Origin: Gammaproteobacteria bacterium
GTDB taxonomy: Bacteria; Pseudomonadota; Gammaproteobacteria; Arenicellales; Poriferihabitantaceae
DNA: 64,000 nucleotides
NCBI GenBank assembly: GCA_022827325.1
Contig: JAJDTE010000143.1
Location: 16,034 to 80,033, forward strand
Direction of reading: 5' to 3'
Below are positions 18,707 to 29,558 of this stretch, in pieces. Within the stretch, counting starts at the first letter, position 1; each line of letters opens with the position of its first letter. A program made the translations under genes and the position numbers. The notes under the pieces are model-generated. The model was not told where the DNA came from and ran no database searches. It saw nothing but the letters and a program-made list of their open reading frames with translations.

Positions 18707-20209
18707 ATGCTGACAAAACCTGAATTCGACGCCTACGCCGCCCGCGGCTTCAACCGCGTCCCCCTTGCCCGCGATCTGCTGGCCGACCTGGAAACCCCGC
18801 TTTCCACCTACCTGAAACTGGGCGCAGGCCCCTACAGCTACCTGCTGGAGTCCGTCCAGGGCGGCGAAAAGTGGGGCCGCTACTCCATGATCGGCCTGCC
18901 CTGCCGCAACCGCATCGAAGTCTCCGGGCACCGGGTCCGCGTCCACCATGACCAGCGGGTGGTCGAGGACCGCGAGGCGGACGACCCGCTGGAAGCGATC
19001 CGCGCCTTCCAGCAGCGGTTCAGGGTCCCGGACGTGGACGGCCTGCCCCGCTTCACCGGCGGCCTGGTGGGCTATTTCGGCTACGGCACGGTGCACTACA
19101 TCGAGCCCCACCTGGGAAAGGAGGGGGCCCCGGACCCGGTCGGGGCGCCGGACATCCTGCTCATGGTGTCCGAGGAGGTGGTGGTGTTCGACAACCTGTC
19201 CGGTCGGCTGCAGATTATCGTCCTGGCGGATCCGGGCGAACAGGATGCCTACGACCGCGCAGTAGACCGGCTCGATGACCTGGCCGCGGCGCTGCACCGG
19301 CCGCTTTCCTCCCAACCGAAGGACGCCTTTGCCGACGGTCCCGGGGAGGCGAACGCCGAGTCCTCCCTGCCGCGCGCGGATTTCGAGCAGGCGGTGGAGA
19401 AGTGCCGCCGCTACATCCGCGACGGTGACATCTTCCAGGTGGTGCTGTCCCAGCGCATGTCCATGCCCTACCAGGCAAGGCCCCTGGAACTCTACCGCGC
19501 GATGAGGACGCTCAACCCGTCGCCCTACATGTTCTTCGTCGACCTGGGCGACTTCCAGATCGCCAGTTCGTCGCCGGAAATCCTGGTGCGCCTGGAACAG
19601 GGGGAGATCACGGTACGGCCCATCGCGGGGACCCGCGGGCGCGGGGCCACACAAGAGGAGGACGAGGCCCTTGCCGAGGAGCTCCTGGCGGATCCCAAGG
19701 AGCTGGCGGAGCACCTGATGCTGATCGACCTCGGCCGGAACGATGTCGGGCGGGTCTCCGAGATCGGCTCGGTGACGCTCACCGACAGGATGATCATCGA
19801 GCGCTATTCCCACGTCATGCACATCGTCTCCAACGTGACCGGACGGATCACCCCTGAGCTCGATGCCATCGACGTGCTGAAGGCCACCTTCCCCGCGGGC
19901 ACGCTGTCCGGCGCGCCCAAGGTGCGCGCGCTGGAGATCATCGAGGAGCTGGAGCCGGACAGACGCGGCATCTATTCGGGCGCCATCGGCTACATCGGCT
20001 GGAACGGCAACATGGATACGGCCATCGCCATCCGCACCGCGCTGATCAAGGACGGCCGGGTCTACGTCCAGGCGGGTGCGGGCATCGTCGCCGACTCGGT
20101 GCCGGAGAAGGAATGGGAGGAATCCATGAACAAGGCCCGGGTGGTGTTCCGGGCGGTGGACATGGTGAACGGGGGCCTGCACGGCCCGTTCGGTGCGGGG
20201 GGCCGTTGA
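18707..20209 (+). CDS. trpE: Anthranilate synthase component I
   Basis: [53 protein letters not shown] and GTLSGAPK. Confidence 0.96.
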   Translation: MLTKPEFDAYAARGFNRVPLARDLLADLETPLSTYLKLGAGPYSYLLESVQGGEKWGRYSMIGLPCRNRIEVSGHRVRVHHDQRVVEDREADDPLEAIRAFQQRFRVPDVDGLPRFTGGLVGYFGYGTVHYIEPHLGKEGAPDPVGAPDILLMVSEEVVVFDNLSGRLQIIVLADPGEQDAYDRAVDRLDDLAAALHRPLSSQPKDAFADGPGEANAESSLPRADFEQAVEKCRRYIRDGDIFQVVLSQRMSMPYQARPLELYRAMRTLNPSPYMFFVDLGDFQIASSSPEILVRLEQGEITVRPIAGTRGRGATQEEDEALAEELLADPKELAEHLMLIDLGRNDVGRVSEIGSVTLTDRMIIERYSHVMHIVSNVTGRITPELDAIDVLKATFPAGTLSGAPKVRALEIIEELEPDRRGIYSGAIGYIGWNGNMDTAIAIRTALIKDGRVYVQAGAGIVADSVPEKEWEESMNKARVVFRAVDMVNGGLHGPFGAGGR

Positions 20210-20210
20210 C

Positions 20211-20783
20211 ATGCTGCTGATGATCGACAACTACGATTCCTTCACGTACAACCTGGTGCAGTATTTCGGCGAACTCGGGCAGGATGTCCGGGTGTTCCGG
20301 AACGACCGGGTGACGCTGGACGAGGTGGCGGAGATGCAGCCGGACTATCTCGTGATCTCCCCCGGCCCCTGCACACCCAACGAGGCCGGAATCTCCGTGG
20401 CGGCCATCGAACGGTTCGCGGGGAAAATCCCGGTCCTCGGTGTCTGTCTCGGCCACCAGAGCATCGGCCAGGCGTTCGGCGGGCGGATCGTGCACGCGCG
20501 GACGCTGATGCACGGCAAGACTTCCATGATCCACCACGACGGCCGGGGCGTTTTCCGTGATCTCCCCGATCCGTTCCAGGCTACGCGTTACCATTCCCTG
20601 GTCATCGCGCCGGACTCGGTGCCGGACTGCCTGGAGGTCACCGCCCGCACCGGCGACGGCGAGATCATGGGCGTGCGGCACCGGGAATTGCCGGTGACCG
20701 GCGTGCAGTTTCACCCGGAGTCCATCGAGACGCCTTGCGGACACCAGCTGCTCGAGAACTTTCTTGAGGGGAGCCCGGCATGA
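20211..20783 (+). CDS. trpG: Anthranilate synthase component II (glutamine amidotransferase)
   Basis: [35 protein letters not shown] and QFHPES. Confidence 0.95.
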   Translation: MLLMIDNYDSFTYNLVQYFGELGQDVRVFRNDRVTLDEVAEMQPDYLVISPGPCTPNEAGISVAAIERFAGKIPVLGVCLGHQSIGQAFGGRIVHARTLMHGKTSMIHHDGRGVFRDLPDPFQATRYHSLVIAPDSVPDCLEVTARTGDGEIMGVRHRELPVTGVQFHPESIETPCGHQLLENFLEGSPA

Positions 20784-21094
20784 ACACCAGCAAAGCCAGA
20801 CCCCGCGCCGTGCCAAGTGTCCAGATCGACAATGACCGGGTGATCGTCACGCAGTGGCGTTTTGCCCCGGGGGCCGAAACCGGCTGGCACCGGCACGGCT
20901 TCGACTACATCGTGGTGCCGATGACGACGGGCAGGCTGCTGGCGGAGACCGGCGACGGCGACGTGACCACCGACCTGACCGCGGGAGTTTCCTATGCGCG
21001 GCCGATGGGCGTAGAGCACAACGTCGTCAACATCAACGACTTCGAATTCATTTTCGTGGAAATCGAAGTGAGGTCGCCGGGGGGCCAGTCGTGA
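20780..21094 (+). CDS. Small cupin, BauB-like (beta-alanine degradation protein family)
   Basis: [35 protein letters not shown] and GVEHNVVN cupin motifs; 4-nt overlaps with trpG and trpC. Confidence 0.85.
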   Translation: MNTSKARPRAVPSVQIDNDRVIVTQWRFAPGAETGWHRHGFDYIVVPMTTGRLLAETGDGDVTTDLTAGVSYARPMGVEHNVVNINDFEFIFVEIEVRSPGGQS

Positions 21095-21894
21095 GCGACA
21101 TCCTGGAGCGGATCCTGGCCCACAAGGCCGGGGAAGTGGCCGGGCGCGCCGGGACAACGCCCCTGTCCGACCTCAGGCGGCGGTGCGACGCCGGCCTGCC
21201 TCCGACCCGGGGCTTCGCCGACGCCCTGGGGGACCGGCTCGACCGGGGCCGGCCGGGCGTCATCGCGGAGGTCAAGAAGGCCTCCCCCAGCAAGGGGGTG
21301 ATCCGGCCCGATTTCGATCCCGCCGAGATCGCGCGCAGCTACGCCCGCGGCGGCGCCACCTGTCTGTCGGTGCTCACCGACGAGCACTTCTTCCAGGGCC
21401 ACGACGACTACCTCCTTGCGGCCCGCGAGGCCAGCGGCCTGCCGGTGCTGCGCAAGGACTTCACCATCGACCCCTACCAGGTATACGAGGCACGGCTGAT
21501 CGGTGCCGACGCCATCCTGCTGATCGTGGCGGCACTGGACGATGCTGCCCTGTCGGACTTGGCGGCGCTGGCCCTTGAGTTGTCGCTGGACGTGCTGGTG
21601 GAGGTGCACAACCATGCGGAACTCGTGCGGGCATTGCGGTTGCCGTGCCGGCTGGTGGGCATCAACAACCGGAACCTGCGCACCTTCGAAACTTCCCTCG
21701 ACACCACGCTCGGATTGCTGGATGACATGCCGCAGGACCGCATCGTGATCACGGAAAGCGGGATTCACCGCCCCGAGGACGTGTCGATGATGCGCGCCAA
21801 CGGCGTGCACGCGTTCCTGGTGGGCGAGGCCTTCATGCGGGCCGATGACCCCGGGGACAGGCTGGCCGAACTCTTCCGGGACCGGACGGCCTGA
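21091..21894 (+). CDS. trpC: Indole-3-glycerol phosphate synthase
   Basis: GTG start ([11 protein letters not shown]), [34 protein letters not shown] and LVGEAFM. Confidence 0.96.
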   Translation: MSDILERILAHKAGEVAGRAGTTPLSDLRRRCDAGLPPTRGFADALGDRLDRGRPGVIAEVKKASPSKGVIRPDFDPAEIARSYARGGATCLSVLTDEHFFQGHDDYLLAAREASGLPVLRKDFTIDPYQVYEARLIGADAILLIVAALDDAALSDLAALALELSLDVLVEVHNHAELVRALRLPCRLVGINNRNLRTFETSLDTTLGLLDDMPQDRIVITESGIHRPEDVSMMRANGVHAFLVGEAFMRADDPGDRLAELFRDRTA

Positions 21895-21912
21895 ATACCC
21901 GTCCCGCCGCGC

Positions 21913-22995
21913 TCACTCCAGCGGCAGGACCACCACGGCGTCAGCGTTGACGCACAGGTCTGTCCGGGCCCCCGGAGCAAGCCGGGCGAGCTGGGGAAAG
22001 TGCGCCGTCAGCGGCCGGTCCGGCGCCGCATCCGGGACCAGCACCACACGCAGGTGGGGGCCGAAAAACGCCACGTCCCGCGCACTGGCGCCGCCGAGGT
22101 CCACCACGGGATCCTTCGCCGACACCCGGAAGTGTTCCGGGCGGAAACAAAGGGCCACGCGCTGGTCCCGGGACAGCGGCCGGTTCATGGCCGCCGCGGA
22201 CGGCAGCGTCAGTTCACGATCCCAGGCCTCGAGGCGGAGCTCCGCGCTGCCGGCCTCCAGGACCCGGCCCTCGACCCGGTTCAGTTCGCCCATGAAGCCG
22301 GCGCTGAACAGGGTTGCCGGGCGAAGGTAGACCCGGTCCGGCGGGCCGTGGTCCTCGATGCGGCCGTGGTTCATCACCACGATCCTGTCCGCGATGGCCA
22401 TGGCCTCTTCCTGGTCGTGGGTGACATGGATGAACGTGGTGCCCGTCTCGCGCTGGATCTGCTTCAGCTCGTGCTGCATCTGCTTGCGCAGGTTGAGATC
22501 GAGGGCGCCCAGGGGTTCATCCAGCAGCAGCACGTCCGGTTCCACCGCCAGGGCGCGGGCCAGGGCGACCCGCTGGCGCTGGCCGCCGGACAGCTCATGG
22601 GGCTTCTTTCCCGCGGCCCCGGGCAGATTGACCATCTCGAGGAGCTTAAGGGCGCGCCGTTCCGACTCCCCGCGGGCAACACCCCGCATTTTCGGTCCGA
22701 ACATGATGTTGGACCTCACCGTCATGTGCGGAAAAAGGGCGTAGTCCTGGAACATGGTGGTGGTGGGCCGCCTGGCCGGCGGCACGCCGTTGTACGGCCT
22801 GTCGCCGATCAGCACCTCGCCCCGGACGGGGGGGATGAATCCCGCCAGAATCATGAGAAGCGTGGTCTTGCCGCAGCCGGACGGACCGAGCAGCACGGCG
22901 TATTCGCCGGCATCCACCGGGAGGTCGATGTCCGCCAGGGCCTCGAATTCGCCGAACCGGTGGCCGATGCCGCGAAGCTCAACCCGGGCGGTCAT
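21913..22995 (-). CDS. Polyamine/opine-family ABC transporter ATP-binding protein (PotA-like)
   Basis: GPSGCGKTT, FQDYALFPH, LSGGQRQR and VTHDQEEA; C-terminal TOBE-like region. Confidence 0.9.
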   Translation of the reverse strand: MTARVELRGIGHRFGEFEALADIDLPVDAGEYAVLLGPSGCGKTTLLMILAGFIPPVRGEVLIGDRPYNGVPPARRPTTTMFQDYALFPHMTVRSNIMFGPKMRGVARGESERRALKLLEMVNLPGAAGKKPHELSGGQRQRVALARALAVEPDVLLLDEPLGALDLNLRKQMQHELKQIQRETGTTFIHVTHDQEEAMAIADRIVVMNHGRIEDHGPPDRVYLRPATLFSAGFMGELNRVEGRVLEAGSAELRLEAWDRELTLPSAAAMNRPLSRDQRVALCFRPEHFRVSAKDPVVDLGGASARDVAFFGPHLRVVLVPDAAPDRPLTAHFPQLARLAPGARTDLCVNADAVVVLPLE

Positions 22996-23779
22996 TCCAT
23001 CCTCTCCGGCGGAACACGGTGAATTCGAGCAGCAGCACGATCACCACCGAGACCAGAAACACGACGCTTCCCACGGCATTGGTTTTGGGATTGAGGCCCG
23101 ATCGCAGAAGGCTCCAGATCTCCACCGGCAGGGTAACGTCGAACCGGCTCAGCAGGAACGCAATGATGAACTCGTCCCAGGAAAAGGTCACCGACAGAAA
23201 GTAGGCGGCGACGATGGACGGCATCAGCATGGGCGCGGTGACCCAGAGCATCACCCTGAGATCGCTCGCGCCCAGGTCCTGGGCGGCGCGTTCGATGTTG
23301 CGCTGGTGCTCGCCCAGGGATGCGTAGATGATGGCGAAGCACAGCGGCGTGTTGATCACCACGTGCCCGATGCCGACCGTCCAAAGGCTGCGGGACACGC
23401 CGACCAGGTTGAGCGTCACAAGGAGGCCGAAGCCGATGATCAGGTAGCTCACCGTCAGCGGGGCCGTGATCATCACCTTCAGGGGGCCGGCCCCGGGCAG
23501 CCGGAAGCGGGCGAAGCCGTAGGCCGCCAGGAACCCGAGAACGCAGGCCAGGGCGGAGGAAAGAAGCGCCACCAGCAGCGAGTGCGTCAGCGCCGAGGTC
23601 AGCTTGCCGTCGGCGGCTACGGCCTCGTACCAGCGCAGCGAGGGCCCGTTGAAGGGCGGAATCGGGAACCGTCCCTCCTGGAACGAAAACAGCACCAGGG
23701 TCATCACCGGCAGGTAGATGAAGCCATAGAGCAGCAGCAGGTAGCTGCCGGTGCCCGCATTGTCGAGCCAGCGGCGCAT
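22979..23779 (-). CDS. ABC transporter permease (PotC-like)
   Basis: ATG at 23779 overlaps the upstream stop; FIYLP...FSF, ERAAQDLGAS, SWDEF and TLPV.IW. Confidence 0.88.
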   Translation of the reverse strand: MRRWLDNAGTGSYLLLLYGFIYLPVMTLVLFSFQEGRFPIPPFNGPSLRWYEAVAADGKLTSALTHSLLVALLSSALACVLGFLAAYGFARFRLPGAGPLKVMITAPLTVSYLIIGFGLLVTLNLVGVSRSLWTVGIGHVVINTPLCFAIIYASLGEHQRNIERAAQDLGASDLRVMLWVTAPMLMPSIVAAYFLSVTFSWDEFIIAFLLSRFDVTLPVEIWSLLRSGLNPKTNAVGSVVFLVSVVIVLLLEFTVFRRRGWNDRPG

Positions 23780-24642
23780 CAGACCCGCTCCATCTTCAGC
23801 CAGCGCGACGCGGCCAGATAGACCAGGGTGATCACCACCATGAGAATGATGGACAGCGCCGCCGCCGTGGGGAAGTCGGCCCGCCGCGTGATCTGCAGCA
23901 TGATGATCTGCGGCAGCACCAGCTCGTTGTTGCCGCCGAGAATCTGCGGCGTGATGTAGTCCCCGATGCACAGCACGAAGGTGAGAAACGCACCCACCAC
24001 CACCCCGGGCAGTGTCAGGGGCAGGATCACGTACCAGAAGGTCTGCAGCGGACTCGCGCCGAGATCCATCGCCGCCCGGCGGTAGTTGGGCGAGAGCTGC
24101 ACCAGGTTCGCGTAGATCGTCAGCGTCAGCAGCATGACGAAGAAATGCACGAAACCCGTCACCGTGGCGGCCCGGGTGGCGGTGATCTCAAGGGGGCTGT
24201 CGATGATCCCCGCGCCCACCAGGAACTGGTTGAGATAGCCGCCGCGGGAAAGCACCAGGAGCCAGGCATAGGAGCGCACCACGTAGGATGTCCAGAACGG
24301 CAGGATGGCGAGGAGCAGGGCGAGCCGCTGCCACCGGCGGGGCACCCGCTCGGCGATGATCCAGGCCAGGGGATAGGCCAGGATGATGGAGACCACCGTC
24401 ACCAGGACGGTGATCTCCAGGGAATTCTGGAGCCCGGCCACGAAGTGGGGCTTGTCGAGGAACCCGGTGTAGTTGTCCAGGTTCCAGCTCCGCACCAGCC
24501 CCGTGCCCGCCCGCTGCCACAGGCTGTAGCAGATCATCATCACGAACGGGACGATGAAGAATGCCAGGGTCCAGAGGGCGGCCGGGCCGACGAAGGCCCA
24601 GCCGCGGGAGACCCCGGCGTTCCGGGTGACGGGCACCGTCAC
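23779..24642 (-). CDS. ABC transporter permease (PotB-like)
   Basis: LAYPLAW, LPFWTSYVVRSYAW, AAMDLGA and GDYITPQILGG. Confidence 0.88.
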   Translation of the reverse strand: MTVPVTRNAGVSRGWAFVGPAALWTLAFFIVPFVMMICYSLWQRAGTGLVRSWNLDNYTGFLDKPHFVAGLQNSLEITVLVTVVSIILAYPLAWIIAERVPRRWQRLALLLAILPFWTSYVVRSYAWLLVLSRGGYLNQFLVGAGIIDSPLEITATRAATVTGFVHFFVMLLTLTIYANLVQLSPNYRRAAMDLGASPLQTFWYVILPLTLPGVVVGAFLTFVLCIGDYITPQILGGNNELVLPQIIMLQITRRADFPTAAALSIILMVVITLVYLAASRWLKMERV

Positions 24643-24657
24643 CGGAAAGATCGCGAA

Positions 24658-25713
24658 TCAGCGCTGCAGGAACTCCGTCCAGATGTCCTGCATCCTGGCG
24701 TCCAGTTCCGCGTCGGGGGCCGGGTAGAGCTGGGCATTGGCAAGATACTTCTCCTGGTCATCCCAGCGCAGGGCGGCGCGCTGCTGGTCGGACAGGTGCT
24801 CGGCTGCCCTGCTGTTGGCGGGCATCGCCCAGTAGCAGGACGACGTCGCGAGGCGCGCCTGTCCTTCCGGGCTCAGGATGTACTGCACGAGCTTGAGGGC
24901 CAGGTCCGGTTTCCCGGAATCCGCAAAGACGCCCACGGACTGGGACCAACGGACCGCGCCCTGTTCGGGAATCACCCAGTCGAGATGCGGCAACTCGCCG
25001 GTCAGCCCGGCGGTCACCCATTCGCCGCCCCCCACCAGGATATCCACCTCGCCGGTGGCGATGGCCGTCTGGCTGGAAACCACCTCGCCCACCTGCTTGG
25101 CGACATCCTTCATGGCAAACAGCTTCTCCCGGATGGCGGGCAGGTCGGATTCCTGGATGTTGGCGGTCTCGATGCCGAGGCTGATGGCCACCAGGCCGAT
25201 CATCGGCAGATAGTAGTCATAGAGCGCGATCCGGCCCTTGTATTTCTCGCTCCACATCACCGCGATGTCCTGGAAATCGGCGACGTCGACGTTGTTCTTG
25301 TTGTAGGAAATGGTGTTGTAGCCGAATTTCTCGGTGACGGCGTAGGTCTTGCCGTCGATGACGTGGTTCTCCGGCATGACGATTGCGGGGAACAGGTCCG
25401 CCGTGGGCAGCGCCTCTTCCGGCAGCGGTGCCAGGATGCCGGCCTCCACCACCCGTGGCACGTCGATGCCGTCCACCACGAAGACGTCCCAGTCGCCGGG
25501 CTGGGACTGTTCGATGATGGACAGTGCGGTCCCGGTGCCTTCGTAGTCCTTCAGGTTGACCTTGACGTTGTTGGCCTTCTCGAACGGCTCGATGAATGCA
25601 GGATCGGTGTGATCGCACCAGACCAGGGCGTTGAGTTCCTCCTGGGCCGTCGCGGCGTGGGCGCCGAGCAGCAGGGATGCCGACAGCAGGGAAGCGATGG
25701 TGGTCTTGTTCAT
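24658..25713 (-). CDS. ABC transporter substrate-binding protein (PotD/PotF family)
   Basis: Signal peptide (ATA|Q), W...D..FIEPFEK, and YILSPEGQ; RBS GGAG upstream. Confidence 0.85.
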   Translation of the reverse strand: MNKTTIASLLSASLLLGAHAATAQEELNALVWCDHTDPAFIEPFEKANNVKVNLKDYEGTGTALSIIEQSQPGDWDVFVVDGIDVPRVVEAGILAPLPEEALPTADLFPAIVMPENHVIDGKTYAVTEKFGYNTISYNKNNVDVADFQDIAVMWSEKYKGRIALYDYYLPMIGLVAISLGIETANIQESDLPAIREKLFAMKDVAKQVGEVVSSQTAIATGEVDILVGGGEWVTAGLTGELPHLDWVIPEQGAVRWSQSVGVFADSGKPDLALKLVQYILSPEGQARLATSSCYWAMPANSRAAEHLSDQQRAALRWDDQEKYLANAQLYPAPDAELDARMQDIWTEFLQR

Positions 25714-25831
25714 GGTCTCCTCATTTTGGTGATGGTTATGAATGTTCGGGGGAAGGAATCATCACCCACGGGGCGAAGGCGCGTCAACAACACCGGGTGC
25801 GGCCGGCCCTCCCCGGCGCTATACTGCCGCC

Positions 25832-26566
25832 ATGAAAACAAGGGTGACCCCGCAGGAATGGTACCGGACCGAGCGCCTGGCGGACGACGTCACGCTGATT
25901 TCGGAGCCCTGGATCAAGGCGTTCTACCGCTGCAATATCTGGCATGTGCGCGGCCGGGACCGCGACATGCTGGTGGACAGCGGCATGGGCGTGGTGAGCC
26001 TGCGCGAACAGGTTCCGCTGGTGACGGAGAAACCCTGCCTGGCGGTCACCAGCCATACCCATTTTGACCATATCGGCGCCCACCACGAGTTCGGGGACCG
26101 CCTGGTCCATCGCGCCGAGGCCGACCTGCTGGCGGCCCCCACCCGGGCGGCAACCCTGGCCGACCCCTACGTCACGGACGACATCTTCACTGCCCTGCCG
26201 CCGGCGCCCTACACCTCCACGGAATATGCCGTGAGGGCGGCCCCGGCCACCCGCCTGCTGGAGGACGGGGACACCGTGGACCTCGGCGACCGGCGGTTCC
26301 TGGTCGTCCACACGCCGGGCCACTCGCCGGGCGGCATCGCGCTGTTCGAGCAGCAGACCGGCATCCTGTTCTCCGGCGACATCGTCTACGACGGCCCGCT
26401 GATCGAAGACACCTACCATTCCGATGCCGCGGATTACTACCGCAGCATGGTGAGGCTTCTGGACCTGCCCGTCCACGTGGTCCATGGCGGCCACTTCCCG
26501 AGCTACGGCCGGGACCGGCACCGGGCCATCATCCGGGCATGGCTGGACGCCAGGGAGGCCGGCTGA
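25832..26566 (+). CDS. MBL-fold metallo-hydrolase
   Basis: SHTHFDHIG, HTPGHSPG, SGD and GGH motifs. Confidence 0.9.
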   Translation: MKTRVTPQEWYRTERLADDVTLISEPWIKAFYRCNIWHVRGRDRDMLVDSGMGVVSLREQVPLVTEKPCLAVTSHTHFDHIGAHHEFGDRLVHRAEADLLAAPTRAATLADPYVTDDIFTALPPAPYTSTEYAVRAAPATRLLEDGDTVDLGDRRFLVVHTPGHSPGGIALFEQQTGILFSGDIVYDGPLIEDTYHSDAADYYRSMVRLLDLPVHVVHGGHFPSYGRDRHRAIIRAWLDAREAG

Positions 26567-26738
26567 AGGATTCCCGCGCCGCCCCGCGGGGCCCCTCGCC
26601 GGCTTGCCGCGGTGTGCCGTTGCCGCGGCCCGACGCTCCGTCCCGTTAAATTTGCCGGATTGCGGCATCGGCCGCCGGCGCGCGGGTCAGCGGCGGGCTT
26701 TGCCCCTATACTCCCCCTTCGCTCCCGTACCCACCACC

Positions 26739-27695
26739 ATGCAGGCCCCCACCCGCTACAGTCACAACGTCCAGGGAATCCTCTGCCTGACTGCGGCCCT
26801 GGTGTTCCTGACGATCAGCGATGCCATCATCAAGTGGCTGAGCCCTGTCTACGCACTGCATGAGATCACGCTTCTCAGGGCGGTGATCGCCCTGGCGCTG
26901 GTGCTTGTCTTCGTGCAGTTCACGGGCGGGCCGTCGACGCTGCGGACCCGGCGGCCGCTGCTGCACCTGTTCCGGGGGCTCCTGCTGGTGCTGGCCAACA
27001 TGTTTTTCTTTCTTGGCCTGTCGGTGATGCCGTTGGCGGAGGTGGTGGCGCTGTTCTTCACCGCGCCCCTGTTCATCTGCCTGCTGGCCCGTCCGATTTT
27101 GGGGGAGGTGGTCGGGCTGCCGCGGTGGATGGCCATCGCGGTGGGGATGTTCGGGGTCGTGGTCATGGTGGAGCCGGGGGGCGCCGGGTTCACCTGGGCC
27201 GCCGTGCTGCCGGTTCTGGCGGCCCTGACCTATTCCCTGATGGTGATGGTGACGCGGCGGCTTGGGATGGTCGACTCCGCAAGCACCCTGGCATTCTATA
27301 TCCATGTCGCCTTCATACTCGTCAGCATCCTGAGCGGCCTTCTGATCGGCGACGGCCGGTTCAACGTGTTCGGCCAGGTGACCCTCGACTTCCTCCTCCG
27401 GGCGTGGGTCTGGCCGAGCTTCACCGATTTCCAGCTGCTGCTGGCCTGCGGCGCGGCGGTGGCCGCCGGCAGCTACCTGCTGTCGCAGTCCTACCGGATT
27501 GCCCAGGCCTCGGTGGTGGCGCCCTTCGAGTACACCGGCCTGCCCTTCGCCGTGGTCGTGGGTTACCTGGTCTGGGGCGACCTGCCCGGCACGCGGGACA
27601 TCATCGGGGGCCTGCTGATCATCGGCAGCGGGCTGCTGGTGGTGTATTTCGAGTCGCGCATTGCCCGCCCGTCGATGGGTCGCCGGGAGCCCTGA
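26739..27695 (+). CDS. DMT/EamA family transporter
   Basis: Ten-TM pattern; DAIIKWLS, F..APLF...LA..ILGE and ASVVAPFEY. Confidence 0.88.
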   Translation: MQAPTRYSHNVQGILCLTAALVFLTISDAIIKWLSPVYALHEITLLRAVIALALVLVFVQFTGGPSTLRTRRPLLHLFRGLLLVLANMFFFLGLSVMPLAEVVALFFTAPLFICLLARPILGEVVGLPRWMAIAVGMFGVVVMVEPGGAGFTWAAVLPVLAALTYSLMVMVTRRLGMVDSASTLAFYIHVAFILVSILSGLLIGDGRFNVFGQVTLDFLLRAWVWPSFTDFQLLLACGAAVAAGSYLLSQSYRIAQASVVAPFEYTGLPFAVVVGYLVWGDLPGTRDIIGGLLIIGSGLLVVYFESRIARPSMGRREP

Positions 27696-27739
27696 CCAGG
27701 TTCACCGCACCCGGGCTTTTGTGACAGAATCCCCCTGCC

Positions 27740-28558
27740 ATGTCAGCACCCCCGGACACCGCCGCCTTTCTCCTGGACCACCGTCTTTCCCTCGAGCCGG
27801 TGGACAATATCCCGGATGCGCTCTATCCCGGCTCCCAGGCCGCTGCCTACGCCGCCCAGGACGAGGTGGTTCGGGGCCTGGCCGAGCGCTTCGGGGGCGT
27901 GCCTTGCGGCTACAAGATGGCCTGCACCAACGAACGGGTGATCCGCCTGCTCAACGTCAGCGGGCCGTTCCCCGGCCGGCTGATGACCCATTCCACCCAT
28001 GACAGCGACGTGGAACTCGACCCCGGTGCATTCCGCCTGCGGATCATGGAGGCGGAATTCGGCTTCATCCTGGGCGAGGACGTGCCCCCGGCAGGGGCGC
28101 CCTACACCGCGGAAACGATCCGGCCCTATATCGAGGCATTCGTGCCTTCCCTTGAAATCGTCGACCACCGGTTCAACGACTTCTCCGCTGTCGGGGAGTA
28201 CGCCCTCATCGCGGACAACGCCGTCCACGGCGCCTGCGTCTTCGGCAAACCGGTCACCGAATGGCAGGGGATCGATTTCATCAGCCGGCAGGTGCGCCTT
28301 CAGGTGAACGGCGAAACGTTCGCCGTCGGTGTCGGCGAAAATGTGCTCGGCGACCCGCTGTACGCCATGGCCTGGCTTGCCAACCACCTGGCGCTCCGGG
28401 ACCGGACGCTGCGCGCCGGGGAGCGGGTGTCCACCGGCACCGCGGGGGAGATCTATTTCGCGGAACCAGGGGATGCCGTGCTCGCGGACTACGGCGACCT
28501 CGGCCGGGTGGGCGTCAGGTTCCGCCCTTCCCAATCAACGACAACACCACAAGCTTGA
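27740..28558 (+). CDS. 2-keto-4-pentenoate hydratase / FAH family protein
   Basis: AYAAQ, GYK..CT, EAEFGF, SLEIVD.R, IADNA, WLAN and STGT motifs. Confidence 0.8.
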   Translation: MSAPPDTAAFLLDHRLSLEPVDNIPDALYPGSQAAAYAAQDEVVRGLAERFGGVPCGYKMACTNERVIRLLNVSGPFPGRLMTHSTHDSDVELDPGAFRLRIMEAEFGFILGEDVPPAGAPYTAETIRPYIEAFVPSLEIVDHRFNDFSAVGEYALIADNAVHGACVFGKPVTEWQGIDFISRQVRLQVNGETFAVGVGENVLGDPLYAMAWLANHLALRDRTLRAGERVSTGTAGEIYFAEPGDAVLADYGDLGRVGVRFRPSQSTTTPQA

Positions 28559-28568
28559 ATTCATCATC

Positions 28569-29486
28569 ATGACCAACTGGGCGTTTTTCGAGGGCGGGAT
28601 CGTCCCGATCGATCAGGCGAAGATCAGCATCACCAACCACACCCTGCATTACGGCACCGGCTGTTTCGGCGGCATCCGCGGTTACTGGAATGCCGGGCAG
28701 GAGCAGCTGTACATCTTCCGGCTCGCGGACCACTACGCCCGTTTCCTGCACAGCGCCCATCTGCTGTTCAGTGAGATCGGGATGGACAACCCCGCGCTGG
28801 TATCCACCACGCTCGAGCTGCTGCGCAAGGAGTCCTGGCGGGAAAACGTCTATATCCGCCCCATCGCCTACAAGGACGAGGGGGTGTTCCGGGTCTGGCT
28901 GCATGACGCCCGGGACAAGGTCGCCATTTTCAGCCAGCCCACCGGCAGCTACCTGCCGGATGACAAGAGCCTCTCGGTCTGCGTCAGCAGCTGGCGCCGC
29001 GTGGACGACACCGCCATGCCGGCCCGGGGCAAGGTCAACGGCACCTACGTCAACAGCGCCCTCGCCAAGAGCGAGGCCATGCTGTCCGGCTTCGACGAGG
29101 CCATCCTGCTGAACCAGGACGGCCATGTCTCCGAGGCGACGGCGGCGAACTTCATGATGGTCCGGGACGGCTCACTGGTCACGCCGCCGATCACGGCGAA
29201 CCTGCTGGAAGGCATCGTGCGCAAGTCGCTGGTGGAGCTGGCCAGGGACCGGCTCGACCTCCGGATCGAGGAGCGCAACATCGACCGGTCCGAACTCTAC
29301 ATGGCCGACGAGGTCTTCTTCTGCGGCACCGGCGTGCAGATGGCGGCGGTGGGAACCATCGATCACCGCACCATCGGCGACGGCGGCCGGGGTCCCGTGA
29401 CCCGGGATCTGGGTGAAATCTTCCACCGGGTGCTCATCGGCGAGGAGCCCGACTACAGGCACTGGGTTACGCCGGTCTACGGCTGA
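28569..29486 (+). CDS. ilvE: Branched-chain amino acid aminotransferase (class IV)
   Basis: LHYGTGCFGGIR, YIRP, K..GTYVNS.LAK, EA..AN, LEGIVR and DEVFFCGT. Confidence 0.85.
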   Translation: MTNWAFFEGGIVPIDQAKISITNHTLHYGTGCFGGIRGYWNAGQEQLYIFRLADHYARFLHSAHLLFSEIGMDNPALVSTTLELLRKESWRENVYIRPIAYKDEGVFRVWLHDARDKVAIFSQPTGSYLPDDKSLSVCVSSWRRVDDTAMPARGKVNGTYVNSALAKSEAMLSGFDEAILLNQDGHVSEATAANFMMVRDGSLVTPPITANLLEGIVRKSLVELARDRLDLRIEERNIDRSELYMADEVFFCGTGVQMAAVGTIDHRTIGDGGRGPVTRDLGEIFHRVLIGEEPDYRHWVTPVYG

Positions 29487-29558
29487 TCCCGGCCCCGGGC
29501 CGGGGATCGGCGAAAGGGCAGGCGGGTCATTTATACTTGCCGCAACCGACCATTCCCC

